Origin: Eledone cirrhosa | Taxonomy: Eukaryota | Length of the DNA: 35,074 nucleotides | Direction: 5' to 3' | NCBI GenBank assembly: GCA_964016885.1 | Contig: CAXHJY010001086.1 | Location: forward strand, 1 to 35,074 | Part shown: piece after piece, positions 1-11,572 of the stretch | How the letters are laid out: each line of letters opens with the position of its first letter | How positions within the stretch are numbered: the first letter of the stretch is position 1 | Program-made: the position numbers and the translations under genes | Notes under the pieces: generated by a model | Told to the model about the DNA's origin: nothing | What the model saw: the letters and a program-made list of their open reading frames with translations, nothing else | Database searches by the model: none

Positions 1-39
1 TATTCCACTGAAAATACGTATCAATATGTTACTTGTCAG

Positions 40-142
40 CCATGTTACCAGGATACTTCACTGATGTGAAATGCGTCCGTTACTGGATGAATTTCCATGA
101 ACATTGCATGGTGCCCATATATGAACCACCAGAAAATATGAG
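40..142 (+). CDS. Putative exon of an unidentified spliced gene (AMLPGYFTDVKCVRYWMNFHEHCMVPIYEPPENM)
   Basis: Preceded by ttacttgtcag and followed by AG|gttagt. The frame is open and ends in phase 2, compatible with the exon at 1198. No family recognised. Confidence 0.45.
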
Positions 143-465
143 GTTAGTTCATTCCATTTTTACTGTTGTTTGTTTGTTTGGAGCGGGGGATGGGGTTTTG
201 TTGTTGATTTTTTTCATTAAATATTTGTATTTTTCTGTAAGGATTTCGTCAAAGGTGTGAGGAAGGTTAGGGTCCTTAACTCTCCCTTTCAAGGCTTCTG
301 AGAATTGTAGGAGAATGAGGAGGAAAGGATAGGAAGAAGTTGTCTTTATACCGGAGGAGCCCTTGCCTTTACTATTTATAACAGAATGAAATATAATAAA
401 AAAACAACAACAACAAACAACGGAAAGACGGACAGTCCCGTCTCCTCAGTCAACATCTGGAAATG

Positions 466-573
466 ATATATATATATAATATATATATATTATATATATA
501 TATATGTATGTATGTATATATATATGTATGTATGTATGTATATATATATATATATTATATATATGTGTGTGTA

Positions 574-634
<61 letters not shown>

Positions 635-712
635 TATATATATATATATATTATACTACTACTACGGATATAACCCTCCAGTGTTCTTCTATTATATATA
701 TATATATATATT
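466..712. repeat. (TA)n/(TATG)n microsatellite
   Basis: Seen directly; source of the YIYI ORFs. Confidence 0.95.
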
Positions 713-1197
713 TGAAAATAGAATCATAAGCTTTTACCGTATTTTGACAACAGAAAATAGTCAAATATCAAAGCATATAAGCCTCCATAACGGATAAAAT
801 GGTGATTTATTGTGTAGTCCAGGGACTATTCCTATATATTCCATTAATACTGTAAATCCAGCAATACAATTTTATACACTGAATCGGAACATGCAATTGA
901 CAGTGTTGTTTCAGTAACAATCCTGCTTGCAGCTGTTGCATTAAGCAAATGTTTATACACAGCGGAATACATAGCTAATTATAACTGGGTTCAAATGGTT
1001 ATGTCACTTCATCAGACTGATATACACAGTAACTAATTTACAATCAATCTAAGTGCGGTTCTAGTTAATGGGAATAGATAAATCGACACGATGTTCACCA
1101 CTAGCTCACCTCAAAATGTATGAATGCTATATCTTTCACTCTGTTATTTCTATAAGAAGTTCTTATTACTAAATACGTTTTGTTTTGCCTACTCCAG

Positions 1198-1336
1198 TGT
1201 GTTGACTGCAATCGTTCGGTGTTACGCTATCTACAAAACGGATTTTGAGAATTGTGGTGAAAACGGTTATATCGCCATGGTTATGAGATCGATTCATTAC
1301 GCTCCTATGGGTTCAACATTGGATATAAATATTTCG
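1198..1336 (+). CDS. Putative internal exon of the same gene (S-VLTAIVRCYAIYKTDFENCGENGYIAMVMRSIHYAPMGSTLDINIS)
   Basis: Strong acceptor ttttgttttgcctactccag and consensus donor G|gtaagt. The open frame starts in phase 2 and ends in phase 0. Confidence 0.55.
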
Positions 1337-1925
1337 GTAAGTACCTATTGCATTCATGAATAGCTGGCTGGTTAGGGAGTTCGTTTTAACAACCATGAAG
1401 TCCAATGTTAATACATACTGTGTGGCATCTTTGGAAAGTGTCTTCATCACAGCCCCGGTGAAACTGGGTAGACGGAAACTGTGTGAAAGCCCTTCGGATG
1501 GATTAATTTTGCATTTCACTTTTTGGGGGTCGATAAATAAAATATCTGTCCAATATTGGGGCCAAGTCTTCCCCCTCGTATCTCTCTTTATCACTTTCAC
1601 TCGCAATCAATTCTTCTCTGGAAGAAATCGACTGTGTTCAGATCTGGAGAGGGACATGCCTCACCAGGTTTAAAATGTCATGTCTCAAGACAGCACAAAT
1701 ACGACTTCATTGGATCTCAAGGGCACTGTCTTTTTTTTTCTTTCTTTATAACGATTCCATCAATTCGCCTGAAACTTAAATAACAGCAAAACAGCGAGTC
1801 AATAAATTTTCATAGAATTATAGAAAGCTGGAACGTTTTTTTTTTCGTTTTTTTTTTGGCAAAGTATGTTGATATAATTTCTACATATATATCTAATTTT
1901 ATTTTCCTTTATATATTTTTTGCAG

Positions 1926-1946
1926 AAAATCTTCAAGAAGGAGTGA
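1926..1946 (+). CDS. Possible terminal coding exon (KIFKKE*) of the same gene
   Basis: Long pyrimidine tract plus tgcag acceptor at 1921-1925. Phase 0 reading gives KIFKKE then TGA. Confidence 0.3.
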   Translation, partial: KIFKKE

Positions 1947-2355
1947 ACAAGAATTAGTAATATCGCAGAGATAAGGTGTGACGCATATGTATGATAGATA
2001 TATACATTTGTGGGTGTGCGTTTGCGTGGGTACTTGCATGCGTGTGTGTGGGTTTGTGTATGTGTGTGTATATATGTGTAGTTTATATGAAGCATTGCAA
2101 GATATATGGTTCAGGTTGTTTTGTGAAAGCCGAAAGAGTGGCGGAACAAGAGTAAAGTAAAACAGGAATAAAACAATACAATAGTTTTTGTATTTCATAG
2201 TATTTGAAAAGGATTCTAAGCTCGAAATATTATGAAATATAAAGTAAAAAGACTATTGTTTTGTTTTATCATTCTCAATATATTTGTTATTTTACTCTAG
2301 TTCCATCGTTGTATTTCCAGTTCACATTGTATCAAGTTTTCCAAAACACCTTTAA

Positions 2356-3170
<815 letters not shown>

Positions 3171-3662
3171 TGTGTGTGTATAGGCATATATAGACATACA
3201 TGTTTCGTATATGTGTGTGCGTGAGTGATTAAGCACGAAACTGACGATGATATATATATTACTTTTAAAGAAATTAAATATCAAAAAATATAACTACATA
3301 ATTTTTAAATAAATAAACTCCAAATTTCGTTGGATATCCATAAGATGTAATAAAAGGTTTTGTGTTTCGACTTACGCTGTGTGATCAAATTTCTGACGTT
3401 TCCCCCCGACATACACAACAAGGGAGATAATTACTTACCTATGGCTTTTCCCTCTCCATTAAAAATTGTAATTGGAAATAATAAAACAAATATAAATTAT
3501 TATTACTACTTTTTTGTTTGTATTTTTCCATGTATTCATAAATTTATTCGTATTTATTATTTTTATGAACTTAATTTATTCAGTACCATGTATTACATAC
3601 ACACCATTGTACATATGTGCGAACATCTGCTTCGGGTACGTTGTTACACACACACACACACG

Positions 3663-3705
<43 letters not shown>

Positions 3706-3739
3706 TATATATACAATCGATATTAAATAAATGGAAACT

Positions 3740-3839
3740 ATATTTATAAAACCATATTTATTCTATTATATATATTTCAAGGGTACCAAAAATGTTGGTA
3801 CGCTATCATCAGAAAAAATACAAAATGTTTTATAAATAT
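3740..3839 (-). ncRNA. Hammerhead-ribozyme-like motif (type I, short palindromic stem III)
   Basis: Minus strand: TATTTTTT-CTGATGA-TAGCGTACCAACATTTTTGGTACCCTT-GAAA-TATATATA-ATAGAATA. Outer flanks ATATTTATAAAAC/GTTTTATAAATAT are perfectly complementary. Confidence 0.6.
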
Positions 3840-3907
3840 TTGACATGACCAAGGATGATATACCTTAACGGTTCAAGTTATCCCTGGAAAGTTTGTTAAA
3901 TATCTCT

Positions 3908-3939
<32 letters not shown>

Positions 3940-4010
3940 AGTAAAGCATGTCCATAGAATCATTTGATAGTATATATACATCATATCTGTTTAATTGGTG
4001 TATATGTAAA

Positions 4011-4099
<89 letters not shown>

Positions 4100-4199
4100 G
4101 TCGACAGTCGATCGACGTTCGTCAAATCGGGCCGAGGAAACAATGTTTCCGTTGTTTTTTTCCAATTGCTAATACTAATACTATCTATAGGTCGCAACG

Positions 4200-4308
4200 C
4201 CAGGTAGGAGCAGCGTGAAATAAAGTGTCTTGCTCAAGGACATAACGCATCGCCCGGTCCAGGAATCGAACTCACAACCTCACGATTACGAATCCAATTC
4301 TCTAACCA
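4200..4308 (-). mobile_element. 5' fragment of tRNA-derived SINE, family B
   Basis: Reverse complement contains a B-box-like GAGTTCGATTCC and CCTTGAGCAAGACACTTTATTTCAC, shared with 7262-7400. Confidence 0.7.
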
Positions 4309-4971
4309 AGTATTATTCGATTTGTTTGAGGCAATCTCAAAACACTTAATGGATGGAAAGTTAAAAACAAACATTAAGTCCAGAGTTAAACACCGTAGTT
4401 ATAAAGTGTGACACCAAGAGAACCGACCGAAGGCACAAACTATACATACAACAAAGTTACGTTATATATATAACTTGTCTGGGGGGGGGGGGTTGCAGCT
4501 AATTTCTACACTGGAACCATTGGAACGTGTGAGAGTGATCTCCCTTGGATTCATTAAGAAAAATGTTTTAAGGCATATGAGAGTGACTCCCCTTGCCGAT
4601 TTATTTATTTATTTATCTTTGCTGTTTTATTAGATGAGTCTCTCTGCCATGTTACGTCTGTCTTTGATCAAAATCTGGGGGACCCGGAATTACATTCTCT
4701 CTCCCTATATATATATATGTATGTATATAACAAAGAGGGTGTGGTAAGGTACCTGGTAGACCATAACGCACCAAAGTACTCAATACTTAGGGTAGTAGAG
4801 GAGGTAATAGTAGTTCGGATCTAGCTGTTGAAACAGCCAGAGCTCAGCCATCGGGTTCCTGACTCTTTTCCTATATATATATATATATATATATATATAG
4901 GTGTGTGTATCCCAGTTTCAATTGGGGGTAACCACAGTAAGTAAGGTACTCAATACATAGAGTATATAATG

Positions 4972-5096
4972 TTTAATATAGAAATGGCTTTTACAGGACA
5001 AGAACTGTTTCATTTGAAAGAAATCATCAGGAAAGCCCTGATCATTTCCTTTGAATGAAACAGTTCTAGTCCTGTAGAAGCCATTTCTATATTAAA
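4972..5096. repeat. 60-bp-arm inverted repeat (5-nt loop, 6 mismatches)
   Basis: 4972-5031 is the reverse complement of 5037-5096. Confidence 0.92.
4986..5037 (-). ncRNA. Hammerhead-ribozyme-like motif (type I)
   Basis: Minus strand: GGCTTT-C-CTGATGA-TTTCTTTCAAAT-GAAA-CAG-TTCTTGTC-CTG-TA-AAAGCC. Stem I is 6 bp, stem III is 4 bp, the cleavage triplet is GUA, stem II is weak. Confidence 0.55.
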
Positions 5097-5114
5097 AATA
5101 TATATGTGTATATA

Positions 5115-5268
5115 TCATCATCATCGTTAAGCATGGGTTAGACGGCTTTGTTCCATTTGATGAAGGAATGGTCAGGAGACCGTGTCTCGCTCACACGGAA
5201 GTGTCTCTGGCAGGTTTTTTTTTCAGCTGGATGCCCTTCCTAACACCAACCACATTTACAGTGTGGAC
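5115..5268 (-). mobile_element. 3' fragment of SINE/LINE with (TGA)n tail, family B
   Basis: Reverse complement shares GGTTGGTGTTAGGAAGGGCATCCAGCTG and the ATGATGATG tail with 7540-7652. Confidence 0.6.
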
Positions 5269-5345
5269 ATATATACATATATATATACATACATACACAT
5301 ATTCATATACACGATGATGATGATGATATACACATAGAGACATAC

Positions 5346-5383
<38 letters not shown>

Positions 5384-5473
5384 TAACAGTAAAAATCATA
5401 AATCAAGCAATGAAAGTTTCTCAAAATCAAAACAAAGAAAAACCAAGTACAAAAGCTAACAGGAGAAAGTAAG

Positions 5474-5479
5474 TTTATT
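5474..5479 (-). promoter_or_regulatory. Candidate SDHC polyadenylation signal AATAAA
   Basis: About 45 nt after the stop codon, followed by U-rich sequence on the minus strand. Confidence 0.5.
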
Positions 5480-5522
5480 AACTGAGGTGAAATTGACGAA
5501 ATTCTAAAATAGTACACATATT

Positions 5523-5630
5523 TCAGAGTAGGTAAACCATTGCTGCAGTAAACAGTAGAGATAAAGCCACAACGAGGTATCCACTCATGTACAGAGTATT
5601 TAGCTTGAAGCCAGTGGCCCAATCCCATGC
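5523..5630 (-). CDS. SDHC: SDHC exon 6 (AWDWATGFKLNTLYMSGYLVVALSLLFTAAMVYLL*)
   Basis: tttcag acceptor at 5633-5631, phase 0, TGA at 5525-5523. Confidence 0.95.
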   Translation of the reverse strand, partial: AWDWATGFKLNTLYMSGYLVVALSLLFTAAMVYLL

Positions 5631-8600
5631 CTGAAATATATAGAAAAGAAGAAACAAAGATTTTTAATCATTGAGAACAAGGATTGTTTAACCCTTTAGC
5701 ATTTACATTACTCTATATTTATTATCGTACTTTCACGGTAAAAGCTTTATCTCACATAATATCAAAACTACAAGATTAGAGTCAGACGCCATGCTTTGCA
5801 GCATAGAGTTACGGCCTTTTACAGTCTGAGTTCAAATGTCACTGAGGTTAACTTTACCTTTAATCCTTATGGGGTCAATAAGATAAAGTACCAGTAATGT
5901 ACTGAGATAATTGCTGGCCTTGTGCCAAAATTAGAAACAATTATTTATTTTACGAACAATACCTTAACATAAGTATGAGCAGCCAGTTACGGCCGGTTTC
6001 AACAAAAAGAGGTGAGATAATTCTGGTCGGATATGGCCGGCTTAAATGCTAAAGGGTTAACTCAAAATAATTGTTTCTACTTTAGGCACAAGGCCAGCAA
6101 ATACCCAGTGTATGGTACTTTATTTTATCGGCCCCGTAAGGATGAAAGGCAAAGTCAACCTCGGCGGGATTTGAACTCAGATCGTAAGGGGACGTAACTA
6201 TGCTGGAAAGCATGGTGTCCGACCCTCCACCGATACTGCCAATCCACCGCCCTAGGGTTAACTCAAAATAATGTAAATAGGTAAACTTGACATTTGACAG
6301 AGTAATGTAAATGCTAAAGGGTTTAAGAGATTGTGAAACAAGCAAGAGACTTACCAAATGCCTGAGGCCATTGAGTAGATGATACATAATAGGAAATACC
6401 ACTAAATACTTGGCAGCGATGATCAAATTAGGATTAATATTCATCTGTTTTATCATTTCAACATAGTAAGGGAACTCATGAGGTAGGGCTAAGACAGCAA
6501 TAGCAAGACTCGTCATACCTGAAACATAACAAAACACATGTTGTAACGTCTTCAATAATCTCACAGCTAGGAATATAATTGCAAGAAAATATCTGAAACA
6601 AGATAATTCGATAGCAGAGCAGAGTGAATAATATAACTGCAGAATACTGAAAGCATAAGTTACTCTGGGCTAGACATGTCACAAGGTTGACAGACAATCA
6701 TTGGACCCATGTGGTTATTGAGTGGTATCCAAGAGACCAGAAGAAACCATTCAGAACAGAACGCCTCTGGCAGGAAAGACATGTCGCAAGGTTCACATAC
6801 AACAGGTAGACCCATGGAAGGCTCCCTCTGAATGGCAAGACATGTAGCAGGGTTTACATACAACAGGGGGACCCATGTAAGGGACCACCCAGAAAACTCC
6901 CAAAATGATATAATCAAACAATTTAGGTGAAAATAAAAGACAAGGATGCAATCAATGAAGAAACGGATCATAACTTAGCAAAGGTTCTTACACAAAATTA
7001 AATTAATATATTTACTTTAACATCAAACAGCTTAGTAACGTAGAGCCAGGGGTGATTTCAAGAAGGTGAACAAGTACCCACTGGATATTAAGAGGAGTAC
7101 AATAGAAAACTGTTCAAGGTCGCATGTGAAACTGTTTACTTACCACCAGAAAGTACGATTCCTGTTGTACGGTGAGCCAGGGACAGAACTGATGTCAATT
7201 GAGGTCTGGAATGAAGAAATTCCAAAGAAAAGTTAGGAAATTATATTTGAAAGAATATGAAGGCACATGGCTTAGTGGTTAGAGCATTGGGCTTGCAATC
7301 GAAAGGTTGTGAGTTCAGTTCTCAGACCAGGTGATGTGTTGTTTCCTTGAGTAAGACACTTTATTTCACATTGCTCCAGTTTACTCAGCTGTAGAAATGA
7401 GATGATAGGGTCTGGGGTCCCTATCATTCCACTGCAAAGTGGTCGGGGAGGTGCCACGGCAAAAAAAAGCACCCAGCCCACACTGTAAAGTGGACGTGTA
7501 GGCGCCACGGAAAAAAAGCACCCAGCACTCACTGTAAATGAGGTTGGTGTTGGGAAGGGCATCCAACTGTAGAAATCAAGCCAGAATCAGTTTCCGTCTC
7601 ACCCTTGCAAGCAAGGAAAAGTGGACGTAAAATGATGATATAAAATGATGATATTTAACTTTAAATGTCCTGTACCACATTAACACACACTAGCAAGACA
7701 TTCTTGAAAAGTAATAGAAAATAGCATTAGGACTGCTTCACATTAAATATTAATGTCTTTATCAATCTTCATATGCTGACTGCAAGGTCACCCATAAGTC
7801 TTTCTAACATAATGAGTTTCGATTGTGCATTGATACATGCATCCAGCGCTACTTGTAAATGCCTACTGCAGTCAACTGTTGACATAACATTCTTCCACTC
7901 AGCATCTACTATAAATTACCATTGACTTAACTCTAGTTCCTCTACTGATGTCACAAGTCCACCATGGTGCCACTCCATGGTGAGGTTTTATTTTTTGCTA
8001 TTGACCTTTAATCCTCTAGAAATTAAGGTCTAATCTGGAGTTACCAGGAGTTAGACTCCAACCAAATGGCAATAACCCATCTGATATCAAACCACCTCCT
8101 GATTTTAATCTGTCCACTAGGAAATATGCTATAAACATTTTAATTAACAAACCACATGAAACACTGCATAAGCAAGACATTTTAATTAATTAACACCTTT
8201 TTAGATAGTTTCTGCTAAATCATTACAGGATGAGGTAAATGTGAAAAATTTGTCAAACAAAGGGTTAGTTGTGTCAAGGACTTGACAATCTCCCTAGTGT
8301 TGGTGATCTACATGATAAACACACCCAATCAATGCTGTAAAGTGGTCGGTGATACGAAGGTCATCCAGCCTTAGAAAGCTTGCTAAATAAAAGGTTGGAA
8401 GGCCCCTTCAGTTGTGTCAAAGACATGACAACCTCCCTAATGCTGGTGCCATGATAAGATGTACTCAGTAGTGCATGGGGTTGTATGTATGCGAGGTGCG
8501 ATCTGTTGAACTATCTGAGAGGTCAGTAGACCCGCTTCAGTACTGACTCAATCTGTGAAAACCCATCCAACCCTTTCTAACAGGGAAAGCGGACATTAAA

Positions 8601-11031
8601 TGATGATGATGATTTACCTGTAGATGGTCAGGTGAGGTGACATCGGCCTTTTCAGTCGTTGATTTTTCTCCCAGAATCGTTTCATGTCTTCGTAAGATCG
8701 TTCCGAAGTAGAGGCCATTACTGCAGGAATTCTAGCAAAACTGAAATATAAGATGAAAATGGGAATTTTTTAATTTTGTCTCATGAAAAACAATTTTCTA
8801 ATCAAGAATATTTGGTGAGGAGGAAATACAAAATAGCTTCAAATAAGGATTGAACACACAGCAAGGCTTCATATTGACTATTATCACTTTACATCCATTT
8901 TTCCACTTACTTTGTATTAAGGAGAGGAAGTGGTCGCTGGAACAGACACTGCTGTCGCACAACTGACCTGTAATAGAAAATAATAAATATTGTTGGTTTG
9001 CGTGTGCATGTATGCGTATTTATAATAACAATGAAATTTGTGTACAGTGCTCAGGTGCACTACAACTCATCAAAGGTGCATGTTTGGTACATAGAATAAT
9101 GTACAAATGTCAGGAAAGTGAACAGTGTGTGAGTCACGATATACACACAGACACATGCATGCATGTGTGTGGAGGGGGAATAGCAGGTGAAGTGTTGGCG
9201 AATTTCGAGTAGCATGGAAGTTTTGAAGGATGCAGTGTCCCGACAGCTAACAACTGATCCAGGTAGTTTGTTCCATGCTTCAGTAACTCTGAGCATGAAA
9301 AAATGCTTCCAAAAGTCATGGGAGCTGTGCTGTTTATGAACAGATACGTTGGATAATTTAGTCCTACATATTGAAACAAAGTTCATGAAGCCACATTGGT
9401 CTGGTCATTCATCAAAGAAAAACAATGAAGTTTCGTTTACATGTCTCTCTCCAAATGCTAAACTCCACCAGTTGGGGTCTGCGCATCAATAAGAGATATT
9501 TTTCTCCACAAAGTTCAATCACCAACAGCAAAGTTTAGAGAGCAAAGGTCAAGTCCAGTCCATATGCTGACATTATGAAGCCATCGTTTTGGCTGCCGAA
9601 CTCTGCTTCTCTTACCAGTCAACCTTCCTTCTAGGCATAAATTACTCACACCACGAGTTGATCTTTTGATATGACTGTAAAGTTTAAGCATTCTTGACCT
9701 GACAACTGATGTGATTGGTCTAAGCCTGGTGATGTTGAGCAGCTCACTGATACAGATACGCTTGCTGAGCTGTTTACATGTATTTAAGTATTTATTGTTT
9801 ATCTACTTGTTACAACTCATTCCTTAGACTTATCATCCATCAAACGGACCCATTCATAAAATGAGATGCCGTGCATTCCACTTCGACAGAGGGAATGGCG
9901 ATAACAATAACATTAAAACACGTGTAAACAAGTCCATACACAACAAAAACATAAATACATCTAAACGAAACTTCATTTTTTTCTTATTATATATACTCTG
10001 CCTGTGTACTGAGTACTCATATTAGTACCACCATCAGTACTTCACTGATACACACGCTTCAGTGTGTTTGGCCTTTAACGTATGTTGTAGCTCTAATTCA
10101 TATGAATTATCGAGCGCTTGCCACACAACTCGGAAGTGTTTTCCGTTATTTCCTGATGTGTTGTTTCCTTGAGGAAGACACTTTATCTCACATTGCTCCA
10201 GTTTACTCAGCTGTAGAAATATAATTGTTTCTACTTTAGGCACAAGGCCAGCAATTACCCAGTGCATTACTGGTACTTTATTTTATCGACCCCGTAAGGA
10301 TGAAAGGCAAAGTCAACCTTGGCAGGATTTGAACTCAGATCGTAAAGGGACGTAACTATGCTGGAAAGCATGGCCTCCGACCCTCTACCGATACTGCCAA
10401 TCCATAATGATCTTCAGATATAATTCAATTGTATGTAAACACCCCAAAACGTTTACATAATTTAAATAATTGTTTCTACTTTTGGCACAAGGCCAGCAAT
10501 TACCCCAGTGTATTACTGTCGCTTTCTTTTATCGATCCCGTAAGGATGATAGGCAAAGTTAATCTTGGCGGGATTTGAACTCAGGCCGTAAAGGGGCGTA
10601 ACTCTATGTTGCAAATTATGGCGTCCGACCCTATATAAAACAGAATTTATTTTAATATATATATATATATATTTTTTTTTTTTTTATGCTGTTGAAGTGT
10701 GCATACATTTTGGAGGCAACATTCTGAATATAGTCTAACTCTTGCTAGAATCGAAAACGGACGCTAAATGATGTATGTGTAAATCGGGAGAAAAAGAGAA
10801 ATTTACAGCTCAGAACTTATGTAAGTTTCACTGATCTACAAGGTTATATCTCATAAGTTTCTCGGGCGTTTTATAACAACTGCATAAGTCATATCGAAGC
10901 AATGTGAAAATAACCCCAACTGCCAACATGAGCCCTAATATGCAAATTAGTGCGTATATTTCAGGATACTCTTATAAGACATAGGGTTTATATACAGATT
11001 TACGCAGTATCGATTACTTGTGACACACACG

Positions 11032-11096
<65 letters not shown>

Positions 11097-11186
11097 TTAC
11101 TCCGGAATAAACAGACCCCACTACGCACTTCATTCAGTGCTCTACTCTGCATGCTGAAGTATCAATAACCAACCAACACATACTCA

Positions 11187-11240
<54 letters not shown>

Positions 11241-11490
11241 GATAGGATTTATATAACAATTTACTGACAGACGCACAAATCTATCTATCTATCTATCTAT
11301 AAAACCCCGCCGTCACGTCTTGTAATGTCCCATTTTTGTGCGCCCCTGTGGCAAATAAAGAAAGATATATATATATATATATTTATATATAAATATATAT
11401 ATAAAAGATACAGAAGCGAAAACCAACCAAACAGTGATTGTGTTCTGTTGTTATTTCTGGCAATATTATAATAATATGACCCTCCCCAAG

Positions 11491-11572
<82 letters not shown>

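Larger units (their letters stand above)
5692..6321. mobile_element. piggyBac-like MITE shell with perfect 23-bp TIRs filling SDHC intron 5
   Basis: CCCTTTAGCATTTACATTACTCT (5692-5714) is the exact reverse complement of 6299-6321. Flanks are TTAA and TTTAA. A further related end TAAATGCTAAAGGG-TTAA lies at 6043-6060. Confidence 0.75.

Noticed and set aside
425-452. Hammerhead-like CTGAGGA plus GACGG/CCGTC stem on the minus strand
   Set aside because: Followed by TTTCC instead of GAAA, so the core is incomplete.
885-1020. Two degenerate hammerhead-like pieces on the minus strand (CTGATGA...GAAC; CTGCAAG...GAAACAACACTGTC)
   Set aside because: Each lacks one core element. They may be old remnants but are not supportable. 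The same applies to weak hits near 3241, 22300, 23531, 27440 and 34097.
1313-1783. ORFs of 97, 105 and 75 aa
   Set aside because: They overlap a degenerate family A SINE-like stretch (about 1495-1575) and do not fit the splice phase of the neighbouring exons.
6072-6253. SINE heads as tRNA genes
   Set aside because: They have A/B boxes but no cloverleaf, and continue into a shared non-tRNA body and tail.
6082-6564. 160-aa ORF as a single-exon gene
   Set aside because: Only 6355-6518 is SDHC exon 5; the rest is intron and SINE read-through.
7690-8120. Possible decayed RTE reverse-transcriptase fragment on the minus strand (SRGLKVNSKK)
   Set aside because: Only one short motif is recognisable, which is too weak without a search.
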